Assembly: GCA_977017575.1 (NCBI GenBank) | Contig: CDRNVI010000026.1 | Coordinates: forward strand, 496,001 to 560,000 | Length of the DNA stretch: 64,000 bases | Source of the DNA: Paramoeba atlantica | Lineage: Eukaryota; Protista; Discosea | Direction of reading: 5' to 3' | Shown: positions 34,366 through 45,618 of the stretch, in pieces | Numbering within the stretch: the first letter of the stretch is position 1 | How the letters are laid out: each line of letters opens with the position of its first letter | Translations under genes and position numbers: made by a program | The notes under the pieces: model-generated | Databases searched by the model: none | Told to the model about the DNA's origin: nothing | Seen by the model: the letters and a program-made list of their open reading frames with translations, nothing else

Positions 34366-35884
34366 CAGGGGTGTAAATTTGGATGTGGGGGGGGGTCTAA
34401 AATTCGTAAAACTTGGCCAATTGTGGAAAATAATAGCGCATTCGAGAGCTCTCGAACAGGGCTCATGAACGCAACATGGCCGCGATAGGCACAAGGGGGT
34501 ATTGCCCCCTCGACAAAGGGCCCCCAAATGCGATTTGCAACTTTCTAAAGCACGGGAAAAAATAGAGAAAAAAATTAATAATTGCAGTTTCCGCCGTTCT
34601 TTTCAAGCACAATACGGCATCGCTTACGAAAGCTCTTCATAGCGTTTTCAGAGGCTATAGAATGTGTCGTTTGAAGATCTTGAAACGCTGCTTCGATCGC
34701 AATGATCAAATCTGTACGATTTTGACCATAAATTTTCAACGGGCATGAGATCAGGTGATTTTGCTGGCCAAGGAAGAACAGTAATTCCTGTCTCTTGAAA
34801 GCTTGTCCTGGCCAGATTGTGCACCGTACAGTTATACATTGCAATAACGCTAGAACGGTGCCGCTTAAGGTAAGAAATTAACCCTCCACGCTTCTTCATG
34901 GCTTCATCAAAAATAGCCCCCGTCACTGTACCTCGGTTTCCTTGAGAACGAACAGAAGGAAAAACGTGAAGGTGAAACCCATGCTTAAGGCTCGCTGCCA
35001 TCCAAACCATAACACCAATCCCCCCATGCCATGCATCCAATTCACCTTGCTGCTCCTTGGGAGCGTCAGTTTTGCGGCAGTGGTACGTGATGTGCCCCCC
35101 GCTCTTCCCACAGGTAAATTTTTTTTCATCCATCCAAATGATATTGGACAGTCCCGCGTCACTCCACGTTAGCATTTCTTCACAGAAACGTACTCGTTTC
35201 TCTTTATGCACTGAGGTAAGTGCAGGGGATTTCCGGACTGTGCGCAAGACGATGCCATGTGATTTCATGTGGGTCGTCAAAGTTTGACGAGAGCAAGTGA
35301 ACCCAAGATTTTCCATTAACCGATGGAGCTCACTCCAGCTCCTGATGCCATAGGGTTGATCTCGAACACCCTCGTCTATCGCTTTCAAAGCAGCCTCACG
35401 TAGTTCAGGTGTCACAGCGATGTTCGTTGGGGCGTGTTTCTGGTTCTTGGAGTCTACTTCTCCAGTATCACGATAGCGCTCCACCCAGCGCTTCACAGTA
35501 GCTTCATGAACTTGAAAATTGCGCGCGGTTAGGGAAAAAGACTGTTGCTTCGTAATCGGCAACAAGAAGCATGCGCCAGCTTGCTTTTATGTGCCCAGGC
35601 GAGGAATAAGCCCTTTCGGAGTGCTTATGTTCCGGAGATCGTCCACAATCCCGTCGTTGTGGCATGAATAAGGGCAAAAAACAGAAAAATTGTGAAAATT
35701 GCAGGATTTCGTCTTCCAAAAAACTAAGTTTTTTTATGTGCATCCGAAAATCTAATTAACACGGATACGGTATATGCACGTTCATGAGCCCTGTTCGAGA
35801 TCTCTCGAATGCGCTATTATTTTCCAAAAATGGCCAAATTTTACGAATTTTGGACCCCCCCCCACATCCAAATTTACACCCCTG
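34366..35884 (-). mobile_element. Tc1/mariner-superfamily DNA transposon, full length
   Basis: ~106-bp TIRs (34366-34471 and 35779-35884, about 5 mismatches) starting CAGGGGTG, TA on both sides, and an internal transposase. Confidence 0.93.
34575..35666 (-). pseudogene. Tc1-type transposase, frameshifted
   Basis: HTH (VHEATVKRWVERYRDTG), WMDEKKF and WPAKSPDLMPVENLW. The second catalytic Asp position reads Tyr (MYNCTVH). The typical C-terminus (RCRIVLEKNGGNCNY) is in another frame. Confidence 0.88.
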
Positions 35885-36199
35885 TATGAAACGTTTTTCT
35901 TCTTCTATTATATTACTGTGTTTCTTTTATATTTTTTTCTTCTATTACATTACTGTGTTCCCCTTTATATTTTCACTGTTTTTGTTCACTTTTTTTCAAT
36001 AATCGTGGATAGAGCGGTAGTTATACAACCACCGCAATAAGACCGACTTAAAGTCGGTTGAAAAGCTTAACACTTTCACCTTGAAAGCTTTCATCTATGA
36101 TTTCCAAGTTCAGAGTTTATATGTGTCTGATACGGTACAAACAAACAATATTTTTCCCATAACCTACAAATAATCCTCAAGGTATTCCAAATTTGCAAA

Positions 36200-36640
36200 G
36201 ATACAATTCCATCAATTCTTTCCTTACTTAGACGGTTTGCTATTATCGCCAGTTCTCGCAACCTTACCTCGAAGCACACTTCGTACCTCGGCTTCGCGCT
36301 TGGATGCAGGAATGTCTCGCGCTGGCCCATTTCCAAAATTTGGTTTTGGGGAAATCGATTCCGGAGCATCATTGTACTTTGAAGTTAGTAAGAAGGCACA
36401 TTAACGCTTTAAACCGTGATCCAAAACGTTTGTACGAACTGATCCCTCTGCCGTATGCCGCTCGGATGGATCTTCAGGAGTGGACCCAAAGTATGATCCA
36501 CAACACGCCCATTTACCCTCTCCCACGCCCCGATACGGTCCCGCACTCTCATACACTTTTTACAGATGCTTCGTCGCACGGGTGGGGAGCGGTGTTGTAT
36601 TTGGATCATGGGCAGGTTGTGATCGCAAGTGAAAAAGTGA
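36200..36640 (+). pseudogene. DIRS/VIPER-type RT-RNase H fragment
   Basis: LKLVRR...LQEW...NTP connection region and LFTDASSHGWGAVLY, truncated on both sides. Confidence 0.65.
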
Positions 36641-37837
36641 CAAAATGTTAGTTCTTCTCTAAAATATACGTATTCGCTTCTTTTTGTTTCGTTTCTTGAC
36701 GCTCAAAGTCTTTGTGTTGAGATCTGCAAAATGCTACAAAAATCAGCTCAAACGGACGCTTGTACGAAGCAAAAAAGTGGTGGGTCACTTTTCATTGGGT
36801 TTCACAAAAAGTGAAAGGGGACTTTTTTCCCCAAAGAAAAAGCTTGAATTTCTTTCCTCATCTTTGTTGTCGTCATTTCCACAAAACATTCTTTTTGCAC
36901 TGTGAATACATTATATGCATTAAAACCGTTCGTGTGCCGAATTGATTAAACGCCTAACACGTGTTCGGACCAGCCTAACTGGGGGTTGGGGCTTCTTCGT
37001 GGTCCCCCTTGACGCTGGAATCATATCGATGGCACAGACTCGCACCACCTATTCTGCCATGTACCTACATGTACGTGAGGATCTAGGTCGTGTAGTACCA
37101 TCTGGGGCCATTTGAATGAAACAAAGCTTCAAAACAAATTGTTTGTACGTCACGAAAAAAAATCGAAAAAGTGTTCTATTGGTTCATAAAAGTGTTCATT
37201 GAACCATAGAACCACTGAACACACACAAGTGTTCATAGAACACATAGGTATGGTAAATTCACTTTCGGTGTCAGAGTACACTTCTACACCGATATGGCCT
37301 GAGTTATCACTTGCCGTTATACCCCCCAGTAACAGAGATTTGGTTCGGGAGGGAGGTTGGAGGGTGGGTCTTTGAGCAGGTGGTGGTCGATGGGTTGTGT
37401 GAGGGTGCTTGCGCGGGGGCGAATGGCATAGTTGCGGGGTTGTCTGGGCGGAAAATCAACGCACCCATGAACAAAAAAGGTATTTTCCCACCAAAAAAGC
37501 ATACCCCCCTCAGTAACAGAGACTTGGCCATTTGGGTCCAAAATCGATTCTATTACTGGGGGGCATACGGTAACTCCTTTATGGCCACAGCCTTCAATGT
37601 ATCCATTAGTCGCTACAAATACAAATTTCTAAACTGAGGGAGATGCTACTCCCTCCTACTTATTTTCATGTTTTAGACCGTATGTCCGTATTTATTTTTC
37701 CGTGACTTCTCGATCTCTGAAAAAGAAGCACCCATTAGATGAATCGGGCTCTATTGAAAAGCTTACAAGCTTTGGAGGATGACCTTCTTCCAAGTGGAGT
37801 GCGGCGGACAGAAGCTACACTAGGTCATTAATAATTT

Positions 37838-38734
37838 TAGGCTCTTCGTTAAACGCGGTGGTTGTTTTCAACTTAGAAGTCACTCATGCTACGCTCTCCG
37901 AGTTGAAAACCACCACCGCGTTTAACGAAGAGCCTAAAAAAGAAAATTTAGTCTGGAAAACGGAAAGATTATAGCCAAAAATAGCCGAATTTCGGGTAAA
38001 AATGGGGTGATTTTCGCGTATTTTTGCTCTCAGAGCACTAAATCCGACATTTGCGCGTGGGAAATCACTCGTACGCATGAATGAAAGCCTACCGAACGTA
38101 TTGGGTAGAGAATACGACTCCAACCATATCATTCTTTCGACACAAAAATGCCCCTTTAGGTCCGAAAAATACTTTTTCACCTTTTTTAGTCAAAAATGGG
38201 TCATTTTGAGGGGCGCACCACGAAGAATGGATACCTTGCGAAAACAACTGCGGCGAAAGCTAGTGTAGGTCCCAAACTATCAAAATACAATAGGGTAAAC
38301 GATTTTGGAAAAATATTTTTTTTGTCATTTTTTTCGCCAAGTTGAATTTTTTTTCAAAAATTTTTTCCGAAAAAGTCCGAACTTGGCGGACCCGTCCTGC
38401 GGATACGCGGGGGGGTCACCCCCGGGTAGGGGGGTGGAAAATGCGCGCCAAGACCCCGGCTACCCTTTCTGCGGTTTTTTTTCGAAAACTAATTTTTTCG
38501 AAAAAATTTGCTCGACCATGACCCCCCCTGGACCCCCCCCATGGACCCCCCCCATGGACCCCCCCCATGGACCCCCCATTTTTTTTAATTTTTTTTTTCA
38601 GGTTTGGACCACCGGAGCCCCCTTTTATATTTTTTTCTTCTATTATATTACTGTGTTCCTCTTTATATTTTCACTGTTTTTGTTCACTTTTTTTTCAATA
38701 ATCGAGTGTAGAGCGGTAGTTTTACAACCACCGC
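37838..38734 (+). repeat. Hairpin-ended repeat family, copy 2 (uninterrupted; empty site for the Tc1)
   Basis: 99-bp hairpin at 37838-37936, (ATGGACCCCCC)n at 38518-38580, a single TA at 38628-38629, and a small hairpin at 38713-38734. Confidence 0.75.
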
Positions 38735-38971
38735 AATTCTTGAGCATGATCATTATTCATGACAGGGGGAGTAGTGTATGAGTTTTCCAACAGTGTGTCA
38801 TTTCCAAGACGGGGTATTTGCCCCTACTGCTCCCCTTTACCTTTTTCACCACGCATTTTCCCCACAAATCTTCACCTTTCTCCACCCTTTTCCTCCCCCA
38901 ACCCCAACCTTCCTCACCACCACCCTTTTTTTTACCTTTTTTTACCCTTTATACCTTTCTCCCCCCCCTCC

Positions 38972-39583
38972 ATGCCCCCTCCCCCCTTCCCCACCTCCTC
39001 CCCCCCCCACGGCCCCCCCCGTGGCTACCTCAACCGCCTCACCTCCCTCGGCCTCCCCCCGTGGGCGGCCTTCGGGGGGGCCCTGGGGCGTCGCACCCGG
39101 TACGCCCTCACCAACCCCTCCCCCGGGGTCTACCCCTGCCGCCCGCACCAACTCAGGGAGGTCTGGGGGCACGAGAGGGTACGCACCCGGGTGCGCTCCT
39201 CCCGCGGCCACCACCACGTCTACAAGCAGCTGAAGTACCCGAAGATGGAGCTCGGGGTGTGGTACAGCGACGTGCTGGACCACTGGGTGCAGCTCCCCCA
39301 CGTGACCGCGGTCAGCTTCGAGGTCGAGCGGGCGGGGGGGCTGGACGGGTTCGTGCTGGGGAGCGCGGGGGAGGGGCTGCGCTCCTCCTACGGGGAGAGG
39401 CTGCGGAGGCAGATGCTGGTACGGAAGGGGGAGGTGGAGAAGAACTTTGTGTTGGGGAGGCAGGCGGAGGGGTTGGCGGAGGTGATGTTTGAGGCGTGGA
39501 GGAGGGACCCCGGGGTGCTGGTGGGGGTGTACGGGATGGAGGAGGGGGAGGTGCCGAAGAGGGGGGAAACAACGGTGGGGTGA
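38972..39583 (+). CDS. MRPL28: Mitochondrial ribosomal protein bL28m-like
   Basis: YPKMELGVWYSDVLDHWVQL..VT...VERAGGLDGFVL fits the L28 pattern. The start is placed at the ATG after the polypyrimidine tract (~38860-38970) rather than the ORF-track start at 38759. Confidence 0.7.
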   Translation: MPPPPFPTSSPPHGPPRGYLNRLTSLGLPPWAAFGGALGRRTRYALTNPSPGVYPCRPHQLREVWGHERVRTRVRSSRGHHHVYKQLKYPKMELGVWYSDVLDHWVQLPHVTAVSFEVERAGGLDGFVLGSAGEGLRSSYGERLRRQMLVRKGEVEKNFVLGRQAEGLAEVMFEAWRRDPGVLVGVYGMEEGEVPKRGETTVG

Positions 39584-39868
39584 GGAGGGGGTAGGGTAGG
39601 TTTTGCCGTTTCCGCTCGTAAAGGATGCGGTGAAGGGTTGTTTTCTCCTGTCAGGTGCGTACTCCCCGGACGAAAAACAGCGTGCGTAGTTCGCCTTTCC
39701 TGGATTTTTTCATTTGTTTATTTTTTGACACTTTTTTAATTTTGATGTTTTCTTTTGTTTCTTCCCTATACGTCGAAAGTTGTAAACATCCTTTGAATCT
39801 ATTTTTACAGGTGGTTTAAAGGAAAAATGTTTTTTCTTTCTTCAAAAATACTTTATTGACAAAGCACA

Positions 39869-40744
39869 ATGTCTGATGTTCAAGCTCCTCGGTATGGGGC
39901 AAAAGTGCGCGGTACAGAACTCCCTGGGGAAATTGTCCTCTCTAGGCTTATCGAAAATGTAAGCAACGGTGATTCTTCATGGAAAGAAGATCACCCTGTG
40001 TCCACTTGGTCCGGTGTTGAAATCTCTGAAGGTCGTGTGACGAAACTCGCGTGGCCTTCCAGGGGTTTGCGTGGCAGTCTCAATTGGCAATATCTTCCTC
40101 AATCTGTGCGTTACTTTGAAATCTGTCATAATTATCTAACGGGGGTGATTGAAGCGGAACGCCTACCTTCGATTCTTTATGTATTCGATTTCGGCCAGAA
40201 CAATTTTAACCAAGTAGATGATTTTACTACATTACCTGGAGAACTTCGAACCTTTGCGGGTCCTCAGAATCTTTTATCCAGCAAGCTTGATTTAACGCAC
40301 CTTCCTCCTCAGTTAAGCTTTTTAAACTTAGACAACAATCGGTTATTTGGAACAATCTCTCTTTCCTCTTTACCTGCGACGCTGCAATTTCTTTCTTTGT
40401 CACACAACAGGCTTTGTGGGAATATAGACCTCACCGGCCTTCCCCCTTTTCTTGATGATCTGCGTCTTAGTTACAATTCATTTTCTGGAGAGCTCCATTT
40501 TACTCGCCTTTCTTTCTCCATGCGTACACTTATGTTAAACCACAACGAGTTTTCGGGGGAAGTGTCGTTTAGAAAGTTTCCCGACTCACTTGCCATGCTT
40601 ACTCTGGACGAGAATTATCTCTGTGGAATTGTTCCTGGTTATTTGTCAAGCGTAGTTTCGATGTATCCACAAAAACGACAATGTGCTCGTGCCGCTGGTC
40701 AAAATGTTCCTGACAAGGAAATTGCGTGGAGCGAGTGGGGTTAG
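39869..40744 (+). CDS. Leucine-rich repeat protein (LPxxL..LxLxxNxLxG type)
   Basis: N-cap with WSGV followed by about 8 LRRs. Upstream pyrimidine tract ending TTTTACAG at ~39810. Confidence 0.85.
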   Translation: MSDVQAPRYGAKVRGTELPGEIVLSRLIENVSNGDSSWKEDHPVSTWSGVEISEGRVTKLAWPSRGLRGSLNWQYLPQSVRYFEICHNYLTGVIEAERLPSILYVFDFGQNNFNQVDDFTTLPGELRTFAGPQNLLSSKLDLTHLPPQLSFLNLDNNRLFGTISLSSLPATLQFLSLSHNRLCGNIDLTGLPPFLDDLRLSYNSFSGELHFTRLSFSMRTLMLNHNEFSGEVSFRKFPDSLAMLTLDENYLCGIVPGYLSSVVSMYPQKRQCARAAGQNVPDKEIAWSEWG

Positions 40745-41196
40745 ATATGCTCGTATTTTTCTTAACTTTCTTTATTTTTTTCTTAGCGTATTTTTCTTAA
40801 CTTTTCTAAACAATCAATAGAAGTATTTGTGCAGCAAGAAAGAGGAAAACAAAAGTTTGTGAGTTTTTTATTGTGCAACAATTTTAAAAATAGAAATTAT
40901 ATTTTTGTGCTTTTTTATTCTATTTTTTGCCCAAATGCTAAAACAACGGATTTTTTAACCGACTGTGAGCAGCAATGTGGGCGGAATGTTGCGGTTGAAG
41001 GCCCTTGAGATTTCAACCCGGGACGATCGGAAACCAAAAATAGTGATCCTCTGCACAAAGAATTGTGACCTTTTTATTGATTTTTTTAGCAGGTTCATAC
41101 TAAAAGTTTCTTGGTATTACTCGTACTGTGTTTTTTCACTGCCGTTAGTTGAAGAAAAAAATAGGGAAATGTTTTTTCTCAGGGTGTTGTTAATCA

Positions 41197-44100
41197 ATGG
41201 ATAAAGAGCCGTTGAGCCATGTGGAACTCATACTGGGAGCTGTTCAACACAAATACCTGCTGCCCCTCATTCATTATGGCGTTCTGGGGGAGCGCGAAAA
41301 GCATCCCACAGCCTCGAATTCTAAAACTCTTGCATCTTCGTCATCATCACTCGACTCAAAAGAGGTTGAAAATGCGATTGCGGCGTATTTTGAAAATACC
41401 GCTCAGGTGTTCCAATTTTTGCATAAATCAAGAATGATCTCTCGATTGGTTGATTCTTGGCCTTCGACTTCACAACACAAACAGCCTTCTCCGGCACCCA
41501 GGACGCAAAGACCGGATACTTCTTCTAGCCCTTTGGATATCTCAGAGCGTGTGTACCGTACCTTATCTTTGTTTATTCACGCTGCGATGAAATGTTATAC
41601 TTTTTCGTGCGAAAAGCAAACGACTTCTGGAGACAAACTCACTCGCTCCCTTGCGATTCGTACACTTTTTACGATTATAGAGACCTATGTGGATCAGAGT
41701 CCCATACATTGGGTAGTACGATCCACCCCTGGGATACTGTCTACGATTGCAAGGTTTCTCTCTCCAAATTCGACATCAATGGCATCGGACAGCTCTGTAC
41801 TTTGCATCCATATACTCACTATCGTACTTCGTCGAAATTTTAATAATGTACAGTATAGAGACTCCATACCTCATGACTCTTTGCTTGTAGTCTTCCGACA
41901 TCTTTTTCATTCGCTGTTGGGTTTCTCTGAGACCTCTGATTTTCAGGATAACTTTGACTCCAGAGAATCTCACAACTCAATATCCGCGAGTTCTTTGCAG
42001 AGACATTGGCTTTGGTTTGCCTCAAATTTTACAGATGATCTGAACGGAAACACAATTTCAGCTGCACTACAACTTTGCAACGTCATTCTTCACGCTCCTG
42101 CCTCCCTTACTTACGCCTCCGTGTCAGATAGCAGTGCTAACTCTTCAAATGTTTCCCAAGATAAGGAATTGCAGAGTTGGCTTTTAGAATATCACAAAAC
42201 TACGGAACACAATAAGAAGGATACAATGGAAAAAGGCGTTGTAGTCCCCCGCAACAACAACTTCGCTGTAAGCAATCCTGTTCCATCTCGTCTCTTTGAA
42301 TATGCTTTGGATGCCTACGTGCTTTTGAATTATTTTCAGTATCGATACGATTTGATTCCAACGCAAGACAAAAACAGTCAATTGGATGAGAACACAGATT
42401 ACAAAGGTGGACGATCTTTATTCGATCCATCTACAAATACGAACACTTCTTTTGGCAATATGAATCGACCTCTTTTTTTGGAATTTCTGCGCTCTCGGGG
42501 AATTTCTCTTTTAAATTCTCTCGTTGGTGTCCAACGGAAAAAACTGCCACGCGATGACACACAAGATTTCTTACTCAATTACACTTCTCTTCCTGCAGAA
42601 AACACACTGCTCCTTTTCGTTGCCTACTGCTACTGCTCGAATCTTTTTACGTCCTCAAACTCAGAAATGGTTTCCTTTTCTCATCTTTCCGGTCTGATTC
42701 TGCAGTGTTCTCAATGGGTCACTACACTACATGCTTCTTTTCAAGCACAACCTAAAAAACATTTTTCGGACGCAATCGAGACACCACTGATTCAGCCATC
42801 CTCCAAAATTTCGACAAAGCTGTATGAGTCCATTCGGATCACCCATGAAACTGAAGACTTCTCTGCGCCTTCTCTAAATCTTCATCTGATTACACAAACG
42901 ACAGCGTGTCATGTTTTAGATGATTTGGTTGCTCTTCTTCAACCTTCTTCCGAGGTTGCCACGATCTGTGTTGATATCTTGGAAGACATTCAACTTTGGC
43001 GATGTGCTCATCTCGGTGCGATTCACATTCTCACGGTTCTGTTTGGACTCTGCGACTTCAATTTTCCTGTTCTCCAGCCAAGGCTTTCCTCTCTGCACAG
43101 TGAAATGGGTGAAGGCCTCATCGGTTATCTTCTCTCCCTACAACACTTATGGGGTTGGGATATTTCCGAAAGATTATTTTACGAAAAGTTTGGCCTTCCT
43201 TCAAGTCTACAAGATCAAGTCGATCGCTCGCTTGAATCCTTTCAAGAAACCAATTCCTATTCCTCCATCGAACTCAAACACAAATATCAAATGCTGTGTC
43301 ACTTGCTTCATTTTCTCGGTACAGCCGGCTCTGGAGAGGAAGCAAAGACGCACCGTTCTATACGTCTCCAATGTCTTTTTCGAGTTCTGGAATACATCGA
43401 ATGTGCTGTTCCGGAAATCCAACGAGCCGCCCAGCAGGCTTTACGTCGCATCTCCACAACAGATCGTCTAACCTCTTTTCTGTTTCAGCATACCGATTAC
43501 ATTTTAGATGAGTTCTCCAGACGACTGTCGTACTCCATGTGCTTTCCCCGTACCGCTCAACTCGTGGGTACGTTTTTAAATCTGATTTCACAACCGAATG
43601 TTTGGACGAATTCGACTAGCACGAAATCCGTCGATTTAGATTCGCCTTGTGTTCCGCTACTTCTTGACCCGGAAAAAGACGTGGAGGACGGTGTCTCTCT
43701 TGTTACCTTCTCTTCCCATGTGGAGGGCTTTATTCGTGAACTTCTTTTCGGACCCCTCGGCACTTCTCTTCCTGATTTTGATAAAACCACAATCCTTTGC
43801 GCCGCAGTTCGTTACTTCCGTGCCGTAATCCTCACCGAGCGTAGAAAAGATCCTTTTTGGATTCAACACCATCCCATTTCACCTCCAAGTACCACAAACC
43901 CAAGTTCTTCGCTACCAACACTTTCGTATACCTCGAAAAGCACAGAAAGCGCCTCAACTCCCATTTCTCCCCCACAACCCTTCCCAAACACACAAACCTC
44001 TGAAACACAAAAAAACTCTAAAATTCCAAATCCCTATCCGAATCCGTTCCAAAACACACAAAAAAGTGCACATCCCATTTCTCCCCCACCCCCTTTTTCC

Positions 44101-45417
44101 CCCACCTCAAAACGACTGGAAAATTTCGAGGCTGCGACGGCCACCGCAGGCAACTCTTCATTTTCTTCCGTATCTTCTGCTTCTCCTGTGTCTTCTTCCT
44201 CTCCCTTCCCCGGCCTCCACCCCCTCCCCCCCTCCCCCCTGTCCCTCTCCTCGGGGTCGCTGCTTACGCTGTGGGACGCGCTGCTCTCTCCCCTCCCCTC
44301 CGCGACCACTCGCAGCCGTGTGGAGACACTGAAAACAATACGACTCACGATTTCGTGTTTCCTGACATGGGATGAGGGCAAGGGGGACGTGACGCTGAGT
44401 TATGGGACGCAGAGGGAAAGGGGGGAAAAGAGTCAGAAGGAAAGGGAGGAAAGGGAATCAAAGACTCGAAACGAAACGGAGGCAAAGGTTCAGAAGCAAA
44501 CAGAGGAAACGCCTCAAAATCAAACAGAAACAAAGACAAGGCCTCAAATTCAAACAGAGGAAACGCCTCAAAATCAAACAGAAACAAAGACAAGGCCTCA
44601 AATTCAAACAGAGGAAAAGTTTCAAATTCAAACTGAGACAGAGACAAAGCCTCAAAATGAAACGGAGGCAAAGACTCAGAATGAAACGGAGGAAAAGACA
44701 AAGCCTCCGTTTATGCACACGAGTGCGTTGCCCTCGATCCACCGCACATGGGTCGCACTGGTTCCGTTGCTGTACCCGAGAGGGGCGACAACGGAGGACG
44801 ATGTGCACCGTGTGGTGAGGCGGTGTAGAGAGGAGGCCTGGGAAAGGGGGGAGCTGCTTCCTCCGAAAGAGGGAATAAAAGGAGAAAAAATAGAGAAGGA
44901 AGGAGAAAAAGGAAAAAAAGGAGAGGAAATAAAAGTCAAATTGGAAACCATAAACGAAATACGAATGAAATCGGATTTAGAAGAAGACACCACTGCAGAA
45001 GAAGAAAAAGATGAATTTTCGTATCGTGAGACAAAGTTCTTGTGGGCTCCTACGATCGACAGTGTGGTTTTGGAGACGCTTCGTGTGTTGAATGAAATGG
45101 TGACACATGCCCACAGTTTTTTATATCACCGCACACGTGTGGTTCTGTATCCACTTTTAGAGTATCTCACGTTTTCGTTGATACGATGGAGGAAATTGCA
45201 CTTGCGCGTTGCTCGTCCGTTGGTGAAGGAGTGCATTCGTTGTGTAACGCTCAATGAGGATTTGCTTTTCAAAGCGAGACGAAATGGGGGGGAAGGCAAT
45301 GGGGCGTCGTCGGAGGCGTATCAGAAGTATCTGATGTGGTTGTGGCCGAGACTTTGCGGTCTCGCACGTAGGTTTTCGATTCCTGTTCCGGAGCTTGCTA
45401 TTGCGGAAGATCGTTAA
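41197..45417 (+). CDS. TTI1: TTI1-like HEAT/ARM protein (TTT complex)
   Basis: LFRVLEY...AQQALRRI...QHTDYILDEFSRRL and LPSIHRTWVALVPLL match TTI1-type segments as I recall them. Internal 54-bp repeat at ~44490-44700. Confidence 0.6.
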   Translation: MDKEPLSHVELILGAVQHKYLLPLIHYGVLGEREKHPTASNSKTLASSSSSLDSKEVENAIAAYFENTAQVFQFLHKSRMISRLVDSWPSTSQHKQPSPAPRTQRPDTSSSPLDISERVYRTLSLFIHAAMKCYTFSCEKQTTSGDKLTRSLAIRTLFTIIETYVDQSPIHWVVRSTPGILSTIARFLSPNSTSMASDSSVLCIHILTIVLRRNFNNVQYRDSIPHDSLLVVFRHLFHSLLGFSETSDFQDNFDSRESHNSISASSLQRHWLWFASNFTDDLNGNTISAALQLCNVILHAPASLTYASVSDSSANSSNVSQDKELQSWLLEYHKTTEHNKKDTMEKGVVVPRNNNFAVSNPVPSRLFEYALDAYVLLNYFQYRYDLIPTQDKNSQLDENTDYKGGRSLFDPSTNTNTSFGNMNRPLFLEFLRSRGISLLNSLVGVQRKKLPRDDTQDFLLNYTSLPAENTLLLFVAYCYCSNLFTSSNSEMVSFSHLSGLILQCSQWVTTLHASFQAQPKKHFSDAIETPLIQPSSKISTKLYESIRITHETEDFSAPSLNLHLITQTTACHVLDDLVALLQPSSEVATICVDILEDIQLWRCAHLGAIHILTVLFGLCDFNFPVLQPRLSSLHSEMGEGLIGYLLSLQHLWGWDISERLFYEKFGLPSSLQDQVDRSLESFQETNSYSSIELKHKYQMLCHLLHFLGTAGSGEEAKTHRSIRLQCLFRVLEYIECAVPEIQRAAQQALRRISTTDRLTSFLFQHTDYILDEFSRRLSYSMCFPRTAQLVGTFLNLISQPNVWTNSTSTKSVDLDSPCVPLLLDPEKDVEDGVSLVTFSSHVEGFIRELLFGPLGTSLPDFDKTTILCAAVRYFRAVILTERRKDPFWIQHHPISPPSTTNPSSSLPTLSYTSKSTESASTPISPPQPFPNTQTSETQKNSKIPNPYPNPFQNTQKSAHPISPPPPFSPTSKRLENFEAATATAGNSSFSSVSSASPVSSSSPFPGLHPLPPSPLSLSSGSLLTLWDALLSPLPSATTRSRVETLKTIRLTISCFLTWDEGKGDVTLSYGTQRERGEKSQKEREERESKTRNETEAKVQKQTEETPQNQTETKTRPQIQTEETPQNQTETKTRPQIQTEEKFQIQTETETKPQNETEAKTQNETEEKTKPPFMHTSALPSIHRTWVALVPLLYPRGATTEDDVHRVVRRCREEAWERGELLPPKEGIKGEKIEKEGEKGKKGEEIKVKLETINEIRMKSDLEEDTTAEEEKDEFSYRETKFLWAPTIDSVVLETLRVLNEMVTHAHSFLYHRTRVVLYPLLEYLTFSLIRWRKLHLRVARPLVKECIRCVTLNEDLLFKARRNGGEGNGASSEAYQKYLMWLWPRLCGLARRFSIPVPELAIAEDR

Positions 45418-45618
45418 AAGGTTGAAGTAAACCTTTTCTCTGTTCAAATTTTGATGCAAGTGTATGAACGATTTTCGCATCACCTCACTGGGTCATCTTT
45501 TGAAGCATGCTCGCTACTTTTTCATCATCAAAAAGGAAAAAGTTTAAAATATTAAAAACAAAGTGTGGCCCAAAATAACATCCCGTTTATTTAAGTTTTC
45601 GCTTTCTTTCTATGCTCC

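Larger units (their letters stand above)
33781..36035 (+). repeat. Hairpin-ended repeat family, copy 1 (split by the Tc1 insertion)
   Basis: 99-bp hairpin at 33781-33879, body shared with 37838-38734 and 49135-49462, and a small hairpin at 36014-36035. Confidence 0.75.
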
